Source: Podarcis melisellensis (lineage: Eukaryota). Taken from it: a DNA stretch of 64,000 bases. The DNA is taken from NCBI GenBank assembly GCA_964234715.1, contig OZ174279.1; one strand, given 5' to 3'. The position numbers and the translations under genes are program-made. Positions 1-14,238 of the stretch are shown here, one piece after another. How positions within the stretch are numbered: position 1 is the first letter of the stretch; every line of letters begins with the position of its first letter. The notes under the pieces are model-generated. The model made no database searches. It was not told where the DNA came from and saw nothing but the letters and a program-made list of their open reading frames with translations.

Positions 1-2655
1 TGTTTTGCAATCCTGTCTGCTAGTACTTGGTGAATTTTTGCATTTGTATTGGCATTGAATACGGCCTCCTACACAACGTGGTTGACAGATAAAACGTAAC
101 TTGATTTGAAGTTTCTTGAATAACAATAAAAATTTAAAAAGATGAAACATACACAGGGGTCAGGAAAAGGGGAAATCCTGTTGAGAAATCAAATTGAGGA
201 ACGCAGCCTGGCTCCTCTTGGTGCCTCAAGTCACATGGCCCTGGCACCATATGGATGGTACTGCAGTATTTGTTCCCCTGGTGGGTAGTCATACTTCGTT
301 AAATATTATTATTACTTGAACTGTGTTTTATATTTTAAAGATTTTTTTACTTTTTTAGGTCACTTTGTACATAGTCAACATGGTGTATAACTGTTTTTAC
401 TAAGAATGTGAAATCTTGGGGCTGCATGGACCCTCATTTTCAGGATCTTTCAGCCTAAAAATCATGCAAACCCAGTGGCTGTGCCTTTGGGCTCTGCATT
501 CAGGGCTCCATGTCACTCATGTATTTTGATGTAATGTGGGGGGAGTTCATTCCTCCACTCCACATATGAGATTACCACCAGCACACGGGTTTCGCCTGGG
601 CCTAGGTTATTACAACTGCTACTCTGTTAACGTCACATAATGGGCATGTTTGTTGCTAGAGCAGTAGCTGAGTGATCTTGCACCCCTGGCAGAACTGTCC
701 AGATTGTGCCCCCTAGCCATGGACAAATTAGCTCTTCTTTCCGCCTCTCCTCCAACCCCCCCATTCAATTCACCCTCTATTTAAAACTATTTCTTATGAG
801 GCAATAATCAATATTTATATTTATGGACATATTTTAAAGCCAATTTTGCCCCCCCCCATTGCCTGTGCCCCTGGCAGGGGCCCACCTCACCACCCCCTAG
901 CCGAGGTGGTATATTTGTGACTTGACTGTACCACTTGTACAAGTTGAAGCTGAGGTCCACTAAGAATGAGTGTTCCTCTGTGCAACCCCCCCCCCCCATT
1001 AAAATCCCTCTGGGGATGAAAAATTGGCACATCAGAGAGAAACTTGAGCTAGAATAGGTTTACTGCCTTACACAGAATTAGGCTGATATTGCTTACACGT
1101 ACCCTGTAAACACCCTGTTCAAATTGATTTCCATAAATGAGTTTGTTGAAAAGAGCAGCAGGTCCCTCCTTTTGTATTTAATGTTGAAATGCTAAATACC
1201 AACTTAGCAAGTTCCTTATTTAACCACAATGTTCTCTGGAAAATGATGGAAATGAGAAGGTGAGGGACTCCCCTCCCAACCACTTGAAACTAGATTGGTG
1301 CTAGAGGAATTTCCCCCCTTAAGTTATAGCCTGCACTTTGAATGGTTTTTATGGAAATGAATGAAAGGGAAATAAGAGCAGTCCTGATGCAGTTAGGAAA
1401 TTCATGCTGTTTTTAAGCATTCACCCTCTGGAGGGGATAGCAGAAGACATGAAAGAGTTCTGGAGCTACAGTTCATTTAATGAACAGGAATGCAGGCTTT
1501 CTCTGCTAATTGTAAATCTGATGAAGAGGTGAAGTAAAAGCCCACAGATCTGTTCCTTAAAAGATCTCTTGGTTGGCTTTAAAAAAGACTTACTTTTTTA
1601 AAAAAGTATGCTGTTAGTATTGAGAGGGTTGGGAAAGAGAGGTATGCCCTGTCCAAGAATTGTACCCAACTAAGCTATACTCTGAGTAGACCAATGCACT
1701 TAGTTTGTCAAGTCATTGCTTTCAGTAGGTCTGCTCTACATGTGACTTAGCTGGATATAAAACATAACACTTAACTACAGATTATGTTGCTTGGTGTTAT
1801 GTATGTATCTAAACCAGGAAGAGCCAGTGTGAAGTTCTTCAGGTGTTGTTGGACTACAATTCCCATCATCCATAGCTAGCATAGCCAATGGTCATGGATG
1901 ATGGAAGCTGTAGTCCAAGAACATTTGGAGGGTGTTACACCAGCTAACCTTAATTAAACTAAAACCAAACTTTATCGACAAATCAGGTTGTGTAGCTGGT
2001 TTGGTGCAGATGTATGGTTTCCTGAGCTCTTAACCAAGATTAAGAAATCAGGACACAACTCAGGCTCATGTATCCTTCTGCCCTGCTCTCTTGTGAACCC
2101 CCACTCCCCACTTCTCTTGCCCACACTAAGCTGCCCTAAGTGGAATACTAACCATACTTGGCTGAAAGCAGATGTCAAATTCTAATTTAGAACTATGGTT
2201 TTTTCTAACTCAGGGCAGGTGCGACACTAATCATCATCATCAACATCTTCAGGGCAGTTTCCCTACCTCTCCATACTTTGCTATTAAACTCTCAGTAAAG
2301 CCTAACTAAATATAGATTTCACTGGCCCAGGTCACATGTAACACCAAGCCAAACCACAATTTAGCGACCTCTTCTAGCGGAAATCATGACCACTTTGTTC
2401 TTCCTCTGGTCTTGCTATTGTTGTGCTGCTGCAAGCTAAACTATGGTTTGGGCTTGGTGCATTGTCTGAACTTCGACTCGTGGTTTGTCTCCTCCAGACA
2501 AACCATAAGCCATTAGAAAGAATCCTTGGCTACAGCTTGTGGACTGTCTGAAGATGCTGAGATTTTGGCTTGAGGCAAATATTACCATACAAGCCTTTAT
2601 GTGCTTGGCCTCAGACACACCCGCCTCCGCTCCCATTCTTTTTACTTATTTGTAG

Positions 2656-2788
2656 CATAGCTCAGGAACAATGCTGCCTCAATCAACTGGAAGAGCTGCG
2701 TTGCACAGCAGGAATAGCGATTGCCAGCAAGCATGAAGACTGTGATTCCAATGAAGGCAATACTACCTGTGAAGACAAAGTCATTAAG
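2656..2788 (+). CDS. FBLN1: Fibulin-1 exon 3 (anaphylatoxin-like)
   Basis: tgtAG|C...AAG|GTgag; encodes IAQEQCCLNQLEELRCTAGIAIASKHEDCDSNEGNTTCEDKVIK, matching fibulin-1 QEQCC..QLEEL.C. Confidence 0.93.
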
Positions 2789-3000
2789 GTGAGATTTCAG
2801 AGCTGCCATTATTTGATATCAACCGTTTGCCTTGAATTAAGGCTCAGAATTTAACCTCTTAGGCACAGCATTGTATTCAAGCCTCCTGGAGTCTAGCTTT
2901 CCACAGTGTTTCTGGAACATGGCATTCCGGGAATCATATCAGCTCCTCAGTAAGAAGACTCAGTAAGAAGACTTGCCCTTTATACCTATATTATATTATA

Positions 3001-3362
3001 AGGGACGCGGGTGGCGCTGTGGGTAAAACCTCAGTGCCTAGGACTTGCTGATCGTAAGGTCGGCGGTTCGAATCCCCACGGCGGGGTGAGCTCCCGTCGT
3101 TCGGTCCCAGCTCCTGCCCACCTAGCAGTTGGAAAGTACCCCTAAGTGCAAGTAGATAAATAGGTACCGCTTTCTAGCGGGAAGGTAAACAGCGTTTCCA
3201 TGTGCGGCACTGGTACTGGCTCGCCAGCTGCAGCTTCGTCATGCTGGCCACGTGACCCGGAAGTGTCTTCGGACGGCGCCAGCTCCCGGCCTCTTAAGCG
3301 AGATGAGCGCGCAACCCTAGAGTCAGACACGACTGGCCCGTACGGGCAGGGGTACCTTTACC
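3001..3362 (+). mobile_element. Sauria SINE (tRNA-derived)
   Basis: GGGACGCGGGTGGCGCTGTGG head, B box GGTTCGAATCC, tail ACCTTTACC; homologous to four other copies in the window. Confidence 0.88.
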
Positions 3363-4706
3363 ATATTGTATTGTATTGTATTGTATTGTATTTATTCCCC
3401 TATAGTGTGTAGCATCTAGGTTGGGTGTGCCCTAAGGTACCCGGCCAGTACCCTACATTAGATGAATGGTGTGTTCTAAAACATTGTAATTCGTAAGTTT
3501 TCCTATATACTTCCGCGTACAACATTGTTTAAGTCAACAAGCAAGAGCCCTCTTGTGGCAACTCCTTAACGTACCGTTAGCACAATGTTTGCTTCTCGAT
3601 GCTGCTGGTATTGCTAATTGGCAATATCACCCATTGTTGAGATTACAAAGCTTTATGCTGCTCTTTCTTATACTGGAACTAAATATTATGGCTGATGTGT
3701 GGCAGCTACCCAAAATAACCTTCCCTGTGTCCCAGAATTGGTTCTAGGGCGTGAAATAGATTAATGCACCAACCTGGATGAAACTAAGCAGGTCTGAATC
3801 TGGTCAGGAGCCAGATGGGAGACTACTTTGGTGCCCATCACAGAACAAAGGCAAGATTTAAATGTAATAAATGAAAATAATTGGGATCCTCAGCACATCG
3901 AGAGTTTCCCCTGTAGTGAGACGCAGCAGCTGGTGGTGAAGGTGGGGAAAATCTCGTTGCATTGACATCTCAGCATGAGTTGAGTATCCATGGATGTTGA
4001 GGAGGTTAGAGGAGTGGTAAAGGGCTGCTGTTATTTCAGTGCTTCGTCCGAGCCTAACCTACAACTTGTCCACCAGTCACAGCCATCTTTGGGGGTGGGG
4101 ATAGCACAGCTGGATACAGCCGACAGGCATACTAGTCATTTATATTATTTATCTCTACTGTCCATCAAAATGGGATTTGCCATTTCTCCCCTATTGTGTT
4201 TATATGAAGATTTATTTTTTTAAGTCATAGTTAAGATCTGTTCTTGTATATGTATTAAGTGGGCATCAAAGAAGCAAAAATAATGTACGGAGTATGAGAG
4301 CAAAAATATTCTGGAGGGAAGCACTGGACTGAGAGCATCATATAGGCCTTTGGTAATGTATGAAATATGCCACAGGTTGACTTTTGGTTGTTTGTGAAAT
4401 ATATGTTGGGAAATGTAATACAAATTATTATTATTATATTACATTACATAACAGCTCCTTTCAATTTCCCCAGAGACCCCCCAAAATACATTATGAGAAC
4501 TTATATCCGTATAGAAATATTTTTAAAATAAATACATGATGTGATGAACACCAGGGGAGGGGAGGAGACTGAGGGAAAGAGAAGAGGACGTGGTTTAGAG
4601 TAGCATCCAACCTGAGGGGCCACTGTGCTGCAAAAAGGAACCTGAATGTGGCTGCTAATACAATGCTATAAAGCTCATTGATAATGTCTGTATTGCGTTT
4701 TGGCAG

Positions 4707-4875
4707 AAATGTTGTTATTGCTGCTTTATGGGGAAGGTGGCCCAAAAGCAAGGGAACAGCTGTGAGCAGAGCCTCCTGATGGGATACCAGTGTGGTTTGG
4801 TCTTCCGAGCTTGCTGTGTTGAGGGGCAAGAAAACTCTGACACGTTAATTGTTGATGATCCTAACAAAGAACTAG
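4707..4875 (+). CDS. FBLN1: Fibulin-1 exon 4 (anaphylatoxin-like)
   Basis: gcAG|AAA...CTAG|GTaag; KCCYCCFMGKVAQKQGNSCEQSLLMGYQCGLVFRACCVEGQE...; phases fit neighbouring exons. Confidence 0.94.
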
Positions 4876-6711
4876 GTAAGTTACACCCCCCCCCCAGCAT
4901 AACTTTATTTTTGAAATACGTAGAGGGGAATTGTTTCAGATGTAGTTCAGTTCAGAACTAATGAGATTTAATGAGATTGTGCTAGGAATTCACCATGTGC
5001 AGAAATGGTTGATGTCTCAGAGCTGGGGTTTTGAAGTTGTCTACCTTCAGGGAACACCTTCCAAATCAGCTTGTCTTGCTTGGGCATTTCCACATTGCAT
5101 CTCTGTGCATTGCAAGGGTTTTAGGGGCAGATCCTGGCCTAGTTTACACACCTGAGTACATACTTAGCTCACCTGAAGGAGTGGCCAGTTATGAGGCTTC
5201 ATCATTTCCTCACTTTCTGCTGATGCACACACCAAAGAGAAGACGGTGTTGGGGGCTCCAGCATCACCCCTGAACAGTGCATTGAAAGCTACTGCCCTAG
5301 AGGAGCCATTCTTGTGAAACTCAGTGCAATGCACAATGGACCTTGTGAGGATACCTATGTATCCATAGCTGCCCAATGACATTGTGGATGGGTATATACC
5401 AAGACCACAGTCACCACTTCCTTCTTCATGGATAACCTCACCAAGGGAAGGGCTTTCACATGCATGTCAAGTAAGCACATCACCCTTGTGAACACAACTA
5501 GAATCAATTAGCTTGAAAGCAGCATGTTGAAAATGAGCATGAATGATTCTGGGTTAAGAAAAAATACATTTTCTGCAAGCAGGTTCATGTCGACACAGCC
5601 TTAGTGGGCAGCAAACTGCCACTTCTGTAGTTGCTCTATGAGATATCTGTGTGTTCCTAAACAACACCTTCAAAAGTTGCTTGATCAGGTTGCTGCTGTT
5701 GGTGTGGTTCACAACTGCACAAGCCATCGGTCAGTGTTTTGTTTCTCTCTCTGCCAATAGCTGGAGTTTCAATGTGCTACAGCAATGCTGAAAGAAGTAA
5801 AAAAAGCTCCCCTTTTATCTAAATCTTCAACAACTCCATGTTCTAGGTAATCCTTAACCATTATGAGGCTTGCATTGCCATGTGGCGTCCCAATCTCCCG
5901 CCCTTAAATCTCATGAGATGCCAGAGGAACAAAAAGAACATGAAGTGCTAGTGGTCAAAGTTACCTCACAAAATGTTGTTTTTGTTATTGTTTTGTTACT
6001 CTCCTTGCCTAGCCTACAGACACTTAATTCAGAACCATTCAGTCCATTTGTGAGAAAGGAGCATACAGAGTGGAAAAAACAAAACAAAACAAATCTATTT
6101 TTTAAACATTATAACTCAAGTAACTCTGTTACTAAATAACTCTGTTGATGTTCAACAATACTTACTGAGTCTGCTTTTGGAGTCATTTTAACTTCAGTTG
6201 CATCTGCAAATATTTAGAAGCAACCTGTGTGGCTGAGGTTCCTGGCAATTCTCAGTCAAGGACCTGTTTGATGATCCCTTGTCCTTGTTTAATTCTCAGT
6301 CAAAGACATTTAGACAACGCCTTTCCTGAGACAGCATGTAATGAGTTAGCCTCAGCAACTAAAAATCTAGGCCAGACAGCAGTTGAGGAACTAACAACCA
6401 CATTTACAAAACTCTGGATGGAATAGGACTACAGATAACATTCTCACTCTGAGGCAGATTTGACCTAAATCCAACTATCTTGGGAGGTACCCTTAAAAAG
6501 CTTCTCTACGAGAAAATGTCTGGCAGGAGTCACTGTGTGGTAACTGACCTGTTACAAATGGTCATATAAACCTCAGATTTAAAACAGAGTCATAAAGAAG
6601 ACTTCGTACTTCAAGATCCCTTCCAAATAACAGGACAAAGGGCCATTTTGTTTTAGCAGGCTTGACCTTTCTGTCTCCCTCTCCTGATGTTTGGCTTTTT
6701 TCTCCCTTGAG

Positions 6712-6771
6712 ATGCAGCATCACCAGTGGAAGTTGATAATGAGGATCATTACCTTAATGACCGCTGCAGAG
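6712..6771 (+). CDS. FBLN1: Fibulin-1 exon 5 (linker); alternative in-frame acceptor would start it at 6718
   Basis: Polypyrimidine tract then GAG|; DAASPVEVDNEDHYLNDRCR with the YLNDRCR motif; donor G|GTaatt; absent from ORF track. Confidence 0.88.
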
Positions 6772-7576
6772 GTAATTCACTAATTTGGGGGGAGGGCTGA
6801 GAGAGAGAAGCTGTTTGTCAGACCAGCCTGTGAGTTTGTGACTGAATCTGTTCAGAGGCCTCCTAGCTCAATGAGAAACCACTACAATCATAGAATCGTA
6901 GAGTTGAAGGGACCACAAGGGTCATCTAACCCCTGCAATGCAGAAATATTTTGCCCAACATGGGGCCCATGAGCCTGAGATCAGGGGTGTCTTGCTTTAT
7001 TGACTGAGCCACCCCAGCTCTACTGCATTTGCCCATATTGCATAGTTTGCTCCTAATACTAATGTCACTCTCAAGCCTTTAGTCAGACACCCTGTAAAAT
7101 TAATATTGTCTACCATTTTTTGGTTGAGTGGGCTGTGTAGAAGGCACAAGGCACAAGTCCTCCACAGCAGCTTAGCTCTATTTTGTTGGCAATGCATGCA
7201 GACTGCTAGCTATGGTCAGTGTTGCCATTTCATGTGCACTGCATTGCAGGGGGTTGGACTAGATGATCCTTGGTGTCCCAACTCTACAATTCGATGAATT
7301 CATGAATGATGGCAACCATCCCATTCACAGATCCCTCTTTCCATTTTGGGCTTACCTTGACTGAACAATGCAAGTTCAGGATACACATAATAGTGGAAAC
7401 ACAGAGTATTCTGTTCTGGTTTTGAACCACTAATTTGTAGTTAATTGTTTGCTTTCTCCAAAAGAAATGAAGGAAGATACAATACTGTTAAAGGGCAAAT
7501 GCTTGATGCTGGTCTTTGGGTTTCTCAATGATGAACTTTAAAAGAACTAGCTATCTTCTGCTGTTGTCCTTCTCAG

Positions 7577-7678
7577 GAGGCGGCCCTTGCACCCAGCAAT
7601 GCAGGGACTCCGGCTCAAGTGTTCTCTGCTCTTGCTTCATGGGCTACCAGCTTCAGCCTGATGGCTTCACTTGCGAAG
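7577..7678 (+). CDS. FBLN1: Fibulin-1 exon 6 (EGF 1)
   Basis: ctcAG|...GAAG|GTaaa; [34 protein letters not shown]; 102 bp, phase 1-1. Confidence 0.96.
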
Positions 7679-9628
7679 GTAAAGAAAGGTTGCCGTTTGC
7701 TTTTCTCTTATAGTTTTGTCCCTTTTTTAGAGAAATAACTCTGGCTATGTGTGTCCTGCTGTTCAAGTACTCAAAGTAAGCTTGCGGAGTAAATCAAGAG
7801 AGGAACAGAAAATAAGAGTGAGTTTGTGCACACATTGTATCACTATGTTTAGGGCAGCACTAAAGCCTTGTTCTTGGTGAAGCAGAAAGCCTGTGTATCT
7901 CAGCGATACCACTTCAGTATGCAGCTGTGAACTTGCTGCACTGAGTGCTCCTTCATAAAAGAGCAATCGTGCACAGAGAAAACTCGCTGGGAAAGCGATG
8001 CTGCAACACTTCTTGCTGCCATTTAGTTTTCTATATGCAGCAGTGTGTGTGTGTGTGTCATGAAAAATACTCTCCAACTGCCTGGGGTGGTTCATCCTAG
8101 CTACAGGTTATTAGATCAGTAAGAGTACGGCCCACGAGGGGCTTTAGATGCTGCAGGGAAGAACAGACAGTGCAGGTGCCTTATGCTTCCTCTCTTTCCC
8201 TAAAGCCATTAGGTTTGAAGTCATGGCTTTAGAGAGAGAGTGTGGAGCTGCGCAGGGACAACCTATTACTTCAAGGGGGATTCTTTCCATGCTGCATTTC
8301 TTGCAGCCCACCTTCCTTTAAGGAACTTGGTTTTTTGAAAATAGGGAACCAGTGACTGGTCCAAGGTAGCTCAGTAATAGTCGTAGCTGAGTAAGGATTT
8401 GAACCCAGGTCTCCACCTATTACACTAAGAAGTGGAGAATACTGCCCAGGATAGAAATGACGTGCACACACACACAACACATACAGTGAAGGGTCAGCTA
8501 CTGGCCCCTTTTCTTCATCCCTTATTTGTCTCACCTTATATCTCTGTGTAGAAGCTAATTTCCCCTGCTCCTTCCGGTGTTGTGTAGCTTTCTCTGGCTA
8601 CTGCAGGAGCTTTCGGAATTTCTCATGGCTTGCCTGCTCTCACGTGGCAAATGTAACATGTGACCAAGATAGGCAGACCCAAATCCCTGAAAGCTAACTT
8701 GGAATAGGATTAGGGTGAATAGGAGGCTAATATATGCACTGGGGGTGCAGGGTGTCAGGACTGCAGCAAACATGAATTGAAATGGATCAGAAAAATCTTT
8801 GGCACTAGGGACAGAAAGAATATTATATCATCATCATCATCACCCCATCTTTTCCCTAGAACCAGGACTCAAGGCATCTTACAAAAACTGAATCAACATG
8901 GATAAAACACCGAAAGCTAAAAACATATATAAGATAATTTTTTAAAAGCTAATTAAACTATTATTACATACTGGGTGTAACTGAGTTCCGTTATATGCAC
9001 TGGGTCTTTTGCAGTTGACTAATGAGATGCAGATTTTCAACTGAATAGGAGGAAATAGGCAACTTGCACATTTATGAAAGGATAAGAGGGATAAAAGAAT
9101 AAACTTTTAGTTAAGATTGAGTTCAGACAAACTGCGGCTCAGTTATTTTGGTTAGCTTTCTTAGCTCTGGGAAAGCAGAAATCATTATGTTGTGCATTTT
9201 CTTGCTCCGACCGCCGCCACCAGCGCCAGCCAGAGCTGTGCAGCGCATGCAGGCAGTAGGGAATCCACAGGATGGGATGTTGTGGCATGAGGTGTATTTT
9301 GCTGAGGATTAGTAGCAGTGTGTGGAATTTGATTCTTTTCCTCTGAAGAAACTGCCATGAGATTGGCAGGAGGTCAGCAGAGCTGGGGAAACTGGAGGGA
9401 CATAAAGTGTATCTAACCAAAAAGGAGAAGAATGACTCTCTTCGTCAAGTTTAGTTTTGCCTCTTTCTTTTGTGAATATTACATGAGAAATAAGTTTTTG
9501 TTACTTTGAGAGTCTAATCATACACACTGCTTACTTCCTGAACACCAGCGAGCATTCTCTGACTTCCTGATGGTCGTATGGTATGGCAAAGTTGCCGTTT
9601 CACATATTTCCCTCTTGATTATTTCTAG

Positions 9629-9760
9629 ATATGAATGAATGCCTTACCAACCCTTGTGCCATTGGACAAATTTGTATCAATACAGCAGGATCTTTCCGCT
9701 GTCAGCGGGAGACCAGCTGTGGGACTGGTTATGAACTGACAGAGAACAACCTTTGCAAAG
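9629..9760 (+). CDS. FBLN1: Fibulin-1 exon 7 (cbEGF 2)
   Basis: tctAG|...AAAG|GTatg; [44 protein letters not shown]; absent from ORF track. Confidence 0.95.
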
Positions 9761-10293
9761 GTATGTTTCAGACTTCTCACAAGAGAGATAGATGGTTGCT
9801 GTAGTTCTTAGCCACTACTAATGTATCCTGTTCTCTTGAAATTTGCTGTGTTAGGCCCAGTTCACACATAATGCAGGAAGCTTGTTTGCCACATGTACGC
9901 TAGTCTTTGCTGTAGTGTATGCTACAAAGCGGGAGACCGTTTCTCATGCTGGGCTCTGAAATTAGAAGCCCACCCAGCTGAGGTGAAAATGAATTTGGGG
10001 AGCATTTTCAGAGTAGCGTAGGCAGGATAAGCCCTCCTACCATTAGTCCTTAAAAGTGTAGCCCTTTGCCAGCTTGATTCCTGTTATAGTGACTAATGTG
10101 GCTTTGGCACCACATGTTTACTGCTATAACACCTAGTTCTACCTTAATCCTGCAGTGTGGTTATACCTTTAGAATAATAATTTAAAAGCCCACATTTGGT
10201 CTGATTTGCTTAAATGTTGCTTGTGTCTGAAGCATGACAAGATGGCTCTGCAAGACCTTACGCTAACAAATTCTTTCTTTTGTGATGTACCAG

Positions 10294-10431
10294 ATATTGA
10301 CGAGTGTGAGACTGATACTCATAACTGCCTCCCCGATTTTATCTGTCAGAATACTCCAGGATCCTTCCGTTGCCGACCCAAGCAACAGTGCAGGAGCGGC
10401 TTTATACAAGATGCACTGGGCAACTGTATTG
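10294..10431 (+). CDS. FBLN1: Fibulin-1 exon 8 (cbEGF 3)
   Basis: cAG|...TTG|GTaag; [46 protein letters not shown]. Confidence 0.96.
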
Positions 10432-10657
10432 GTAAGGCATGTTGCGCCTGAAAGCCAGTACCATTGAACTGCATGTCATTCCTGAGAGGCTAGCTGCTGT
10501 TACAGCTGCCCCACTATTGCCACTGGGATATTTCCTCTGTTTATGCTGTCCCTGCCTATGCTTTGTCTTTTCAAGGGAGCATGCTCAGTTAAGATTTTAA
10601 GGTTGGTGTTCTGCTCTTAAAAGTTTCCCTTTTAATTTAATGTTTGTACTGTTGTAG

Positions 10658-10801
10658 ATATCAATGAATGCTTGAGTGCGAATGCACCTTGTCCTGCTGG
10701 ACAGACTTGCATCAACACGGATGGGTCTTACGCTTGCCAGAGGAATGTGCCAAACTGTGGGCGAGGCTACCATCTAAACGAAGAAGGCACAAGATGTGTA
10801 G
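10658..10801 (+). CDS. FBLN1: Fibulin-1 exon 9 (cbEGF 4)
   Basis: gtAG|...GTAG|GTtgg; [48 protein letters not shown]. Confidence 0.95.
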
Positions 10802-12246
10802 GTTGGTACATAATGTCAATTTAATCCTGCATCCTTCCTCCTGGAGAGGTCAGGCATGGTGACAGCCACCCTGCCGTTGGTGCTCCCTGGTATATTGCCT
10901 CTGGACACAGCAGCTCAGTTCCGCTGTTGATGTACCTGTTCACAAACAGCCACCTAAGCCGGAGGCCACTACTGCAACCTGTGGCTGTTGCATGAAAAAG
11001 TACTTAAATGTCCATCACATGAAGAAGTGATGCTCACACCCTCCTTTTTGTTTTGTTTCCTTTTAAAAATTGCCATATTTTAGAATAGAGCTGAGCCACA
11101 ACAGTCTTTTTAATGTCATTTTCACTTCTGCTATTTTTCAAGAAATTTTTTTGCTAAAAAATCTTGAGTGCTATATAACATTCCTAAATAAATATTTAGG
11201 ACCCCAAAGGCTGTTTTATAAAACTCTAAGGAGCTTGCTAATACCTACCCAAGTGATTGCCCCACAGGGCAGAGCTCAAAGAAGCTTCGGAACCGTGGGA
11301 GCAAAAGTGCTGTGAAACACAGGGCCATCCAGACAGAGCAGGGTTCCATGGCATGTGCTGTCTCTCTCAGCCCAAGAGTTATTAGCGGCCGTGCACCGAT
11401 CCCCAGCCCTGCCTACAATTATTAGGCTGGAATCTCTGCCTAAGCTTTGGTTCTGTTTTCTTGGAGAGTTTCCAGCCCAAGGATTGCATAGTCCCCCTTG
11501 ATCCTCAGGTTTCTCTGAGCAGTACTCAGTGGACCCATGGATCAGGTATTAGACAGATCTTTGGAGTCTTGAAAACCTGGCATCTTAAGAATAAGCTTTT
11601 TGCATTGCAATTTGCATGGCCTTGTCCGCCTGTACAGTAGTGCCCAGGACTTGGGCTAAATGCAGAGAAAGGCTTTGAATTTTTTTACAGGTTTGCTTGA
11701 CTGTTCAACAAAAGCTTCTTCAGCGTACTCACTTCAACATCAATGGAAATTTTGCTGGAGTCTGCTGCATTATAGAATGTTTCCTTGGGTGTGTAATCAA
11801 CATTAATATTTGCAAAGGAATCAACACAGTAAAGCAATAAAATGCCAAGTTACAATAGCTCACAACAGGTCAAGAACAGTCCCAAAATCTAAAAGTTATT
11901 TCTAGCAGCCACTTAACATTCCAAAGACCAAAAGACCTCCAAGTGTTTTTGCAGATCACTTTAAAAAGGATAGAGAACTGGCCAAGGCAGCATTTGTCAG
12001 CAAAGGTTCCCCTAGGTGGCGTGGCAGCATCAAGAATGCCCAAGACCACATAAACACTGACTGTGCTCCAAGGACACTCTTGGCATGACTGGTCTATGTA
12101 CAGTTGTGAGATGAGTTGGGAAACCCATGCACTCCATGCGCAAACCCGTGTGTAGATTCTCTGAACCAGAGCCCTCTTGTTTTTTCTTACTTTGTCATGT
12201 TATGCTTTCACCTCAAATTGTTTTTCTAACCCTTCTGTATTACAAG

Positions 12247-12375
12247 ATGTGGACGAGTGTTTGCCCCCAAATCAGCCTTGCGGAGAGGGCCACACTTGCG
12301 CCAATTCCCCTGGAAGCTACCGCTGCGAATGCCGAGCTGGCTACTATTTTGAGGGAATCAGTAGAACCTGCGCTG
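12247..12375 (+). CDS. FBLN1: Fibulin-1 exon 10 (cbEGF 5)
   Basis: caAG|...CTG|GTaag; [43 protein letters not shown]. Confidence 0.95.
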
Positions 12376-12653
12376 GTAAGTGACAGGACATGCATTGGCT
12401 CATGCCCTTCCTTTAGTTCAGCCATCTAACCCTTAAAAAAAAAAGATAAATCAGTAGTATTTTGCTTTATTTGGGTATTCCTATGCCACACGAAGTCACA
12501 GGAAGGCATACACCAAATTAAAACACACCACTACATGTTTCTAAGAACAGTTGAAATAGCATTACAAAGTAAACAACAGCATAAACAGAAATAACAGAAA
12601 TAACATAGAATAGCAATGGAGACAACGCCATCACCATCACCATCACCAATACA

Positions 12654-13061
12654 TTTTATTATTTATACCCCACCCATCTGGCTGGGTTTCCTCAGCCACT
12701 CTGGGCAGCTTACAGCACATACAAAACATAGTAAAACATCAAACATTAAAAACCTCCTGATGCAGGGCTGCCTTCAGATGTCTTCTAATAGTTGTGTAGC
12801 TCTTTATGTCCTTGACGTCTGATGGGAGGGTACTCCACAGGGAGGACGCCACACTGCCGAGAAGGCCCTCTGCCTGTTTCCTTGTAACTTCACCTCTCAC
12901 AGTGAGGGAAGCAGCAGAAGACGCTTGGAGCTAGATCTCTGTGTTCAGTGGGGGTGGAGACGCTCCTTCAGGTATACTGGGCTGAGGCCATTTAGGGCTT
13001 CAAAGGTCAGCACCAATGCTTTGAAATGTGCTCAGAAACATACTGGGAGCCAGTGAAGATC
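12654..13061 (-). mobile_element. L2-clade LINE 3' fragment (same family as 15754-16481)
   Basis: Colinear with 15781-16195. Confidence 0.85.
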
Positions 13062-13266
13062 CTGGCTCTGATATTAGAATACAACTTTTCAGCAGCTACC
13101 ACACTGACTTGCTACAATATGAATTAGGTCTAAGATAGAATAATGTGCTCAAGCCAATGTTATAGTGAAGTGTGAATCATTCAGAGATTGACTAAAATGT
13201 TTTTGTGAACTCTCTGATTTATATGCTTTTCTTGAAATCTTCAGAATGACATGTTTATTTTCGTAG

Positions 13267-13392
13267 ATATTAATGAATGCCGACGATACCCTGGTCACCT
13301 ATGTGCTCACAAATGTGAAAACACGGCTGGCTCTTATTACTGCAGCTGTACGATGGGCTTCAAACTTTCAACTGACGGGCGGTCATGTGAAG
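13267..13392 (+). CDS. FBLN1: Fibulin-1 exon 11 (cbEGF 6)
   Basis: gtAG|...GAAG|GTaac; [42 protein letters not shown]. Confidence 0.96.
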
Positions 13393-14238
13393 GTAACATT
13401 GACAGTGCAATCGTATCCTTGCCTCATACCCCAAAGTACACTCCATTGGGTTCAGTAGAGCTTACTCCTGGGCATGTGTTCAGCAGGGTTTTCCAAATGT
13501 CTGAGTTTATTGGTCTCTTCATGAGGTTATCAGCAACCCCAAACCAAATTCATAGGCGTGTAGATAAAGTTAAGTCAAGAAATATTGATATATAATCAGC
13601 ATTTATTGTTAGTCAGTCACCATTACTAGGAATCATAAAATACAAAATGTAAGGAATACTGTTGGATTGTGGAATAACCTTATTAAATACAGAAGTTCCT
13701 CACTGTTAAAGGATGCACACTCTGTACATGCCCACACCCTTTATTTCTGAGGCTCATAGTTTCTAATTAATTTTATCACACTGTATCGTGTAAGCTACTT
13801 TTCCCACCCTTTCCCCCCTTTTGACCCCTAACTCTTTATTCACTCCCCTGCACAGCCTCATTGACCTCAGGGGATTAATACTGACCACCTTGGGAAATTC
13901 TGGTGTGGCGTATAGAATTGCAGCCCTATAGCGTGAGTGTGAAGGAATGGTTAGACTATCAGGCCAGGACTGGAGAGACCTAGATTCAAGCAATGAATCT
14001 TGCTTAGCCATGAAGCTCACTGGATGACCTTGGGCCAATCACTGGATCTCAGACTAGCCCACCTCCCAGGTTTGTTGTGAGGGTAAAAATCAATGAGCCA
14101 TTTTGTGGTGTCTTGAACTCCTTGGATGAAAGCCAGGATATGAAAGGAATGGAATTAAATTAATTCAGCTCCTCAACAATTGCTGACAAATAAGGTAAAA
14201 AATATTGCTTTGCATTAATGCATTTTTGTTGGTTTCAG

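Noticed and set aside
3364-3391. (TATTG)n pentamer as an analogue of the SCA10 ATTCT repeat
   Set aside because: Different motif, located in an FBLN1 intron next to a SINE end; the ATXN10 intron 9 repeat would lie outside this window
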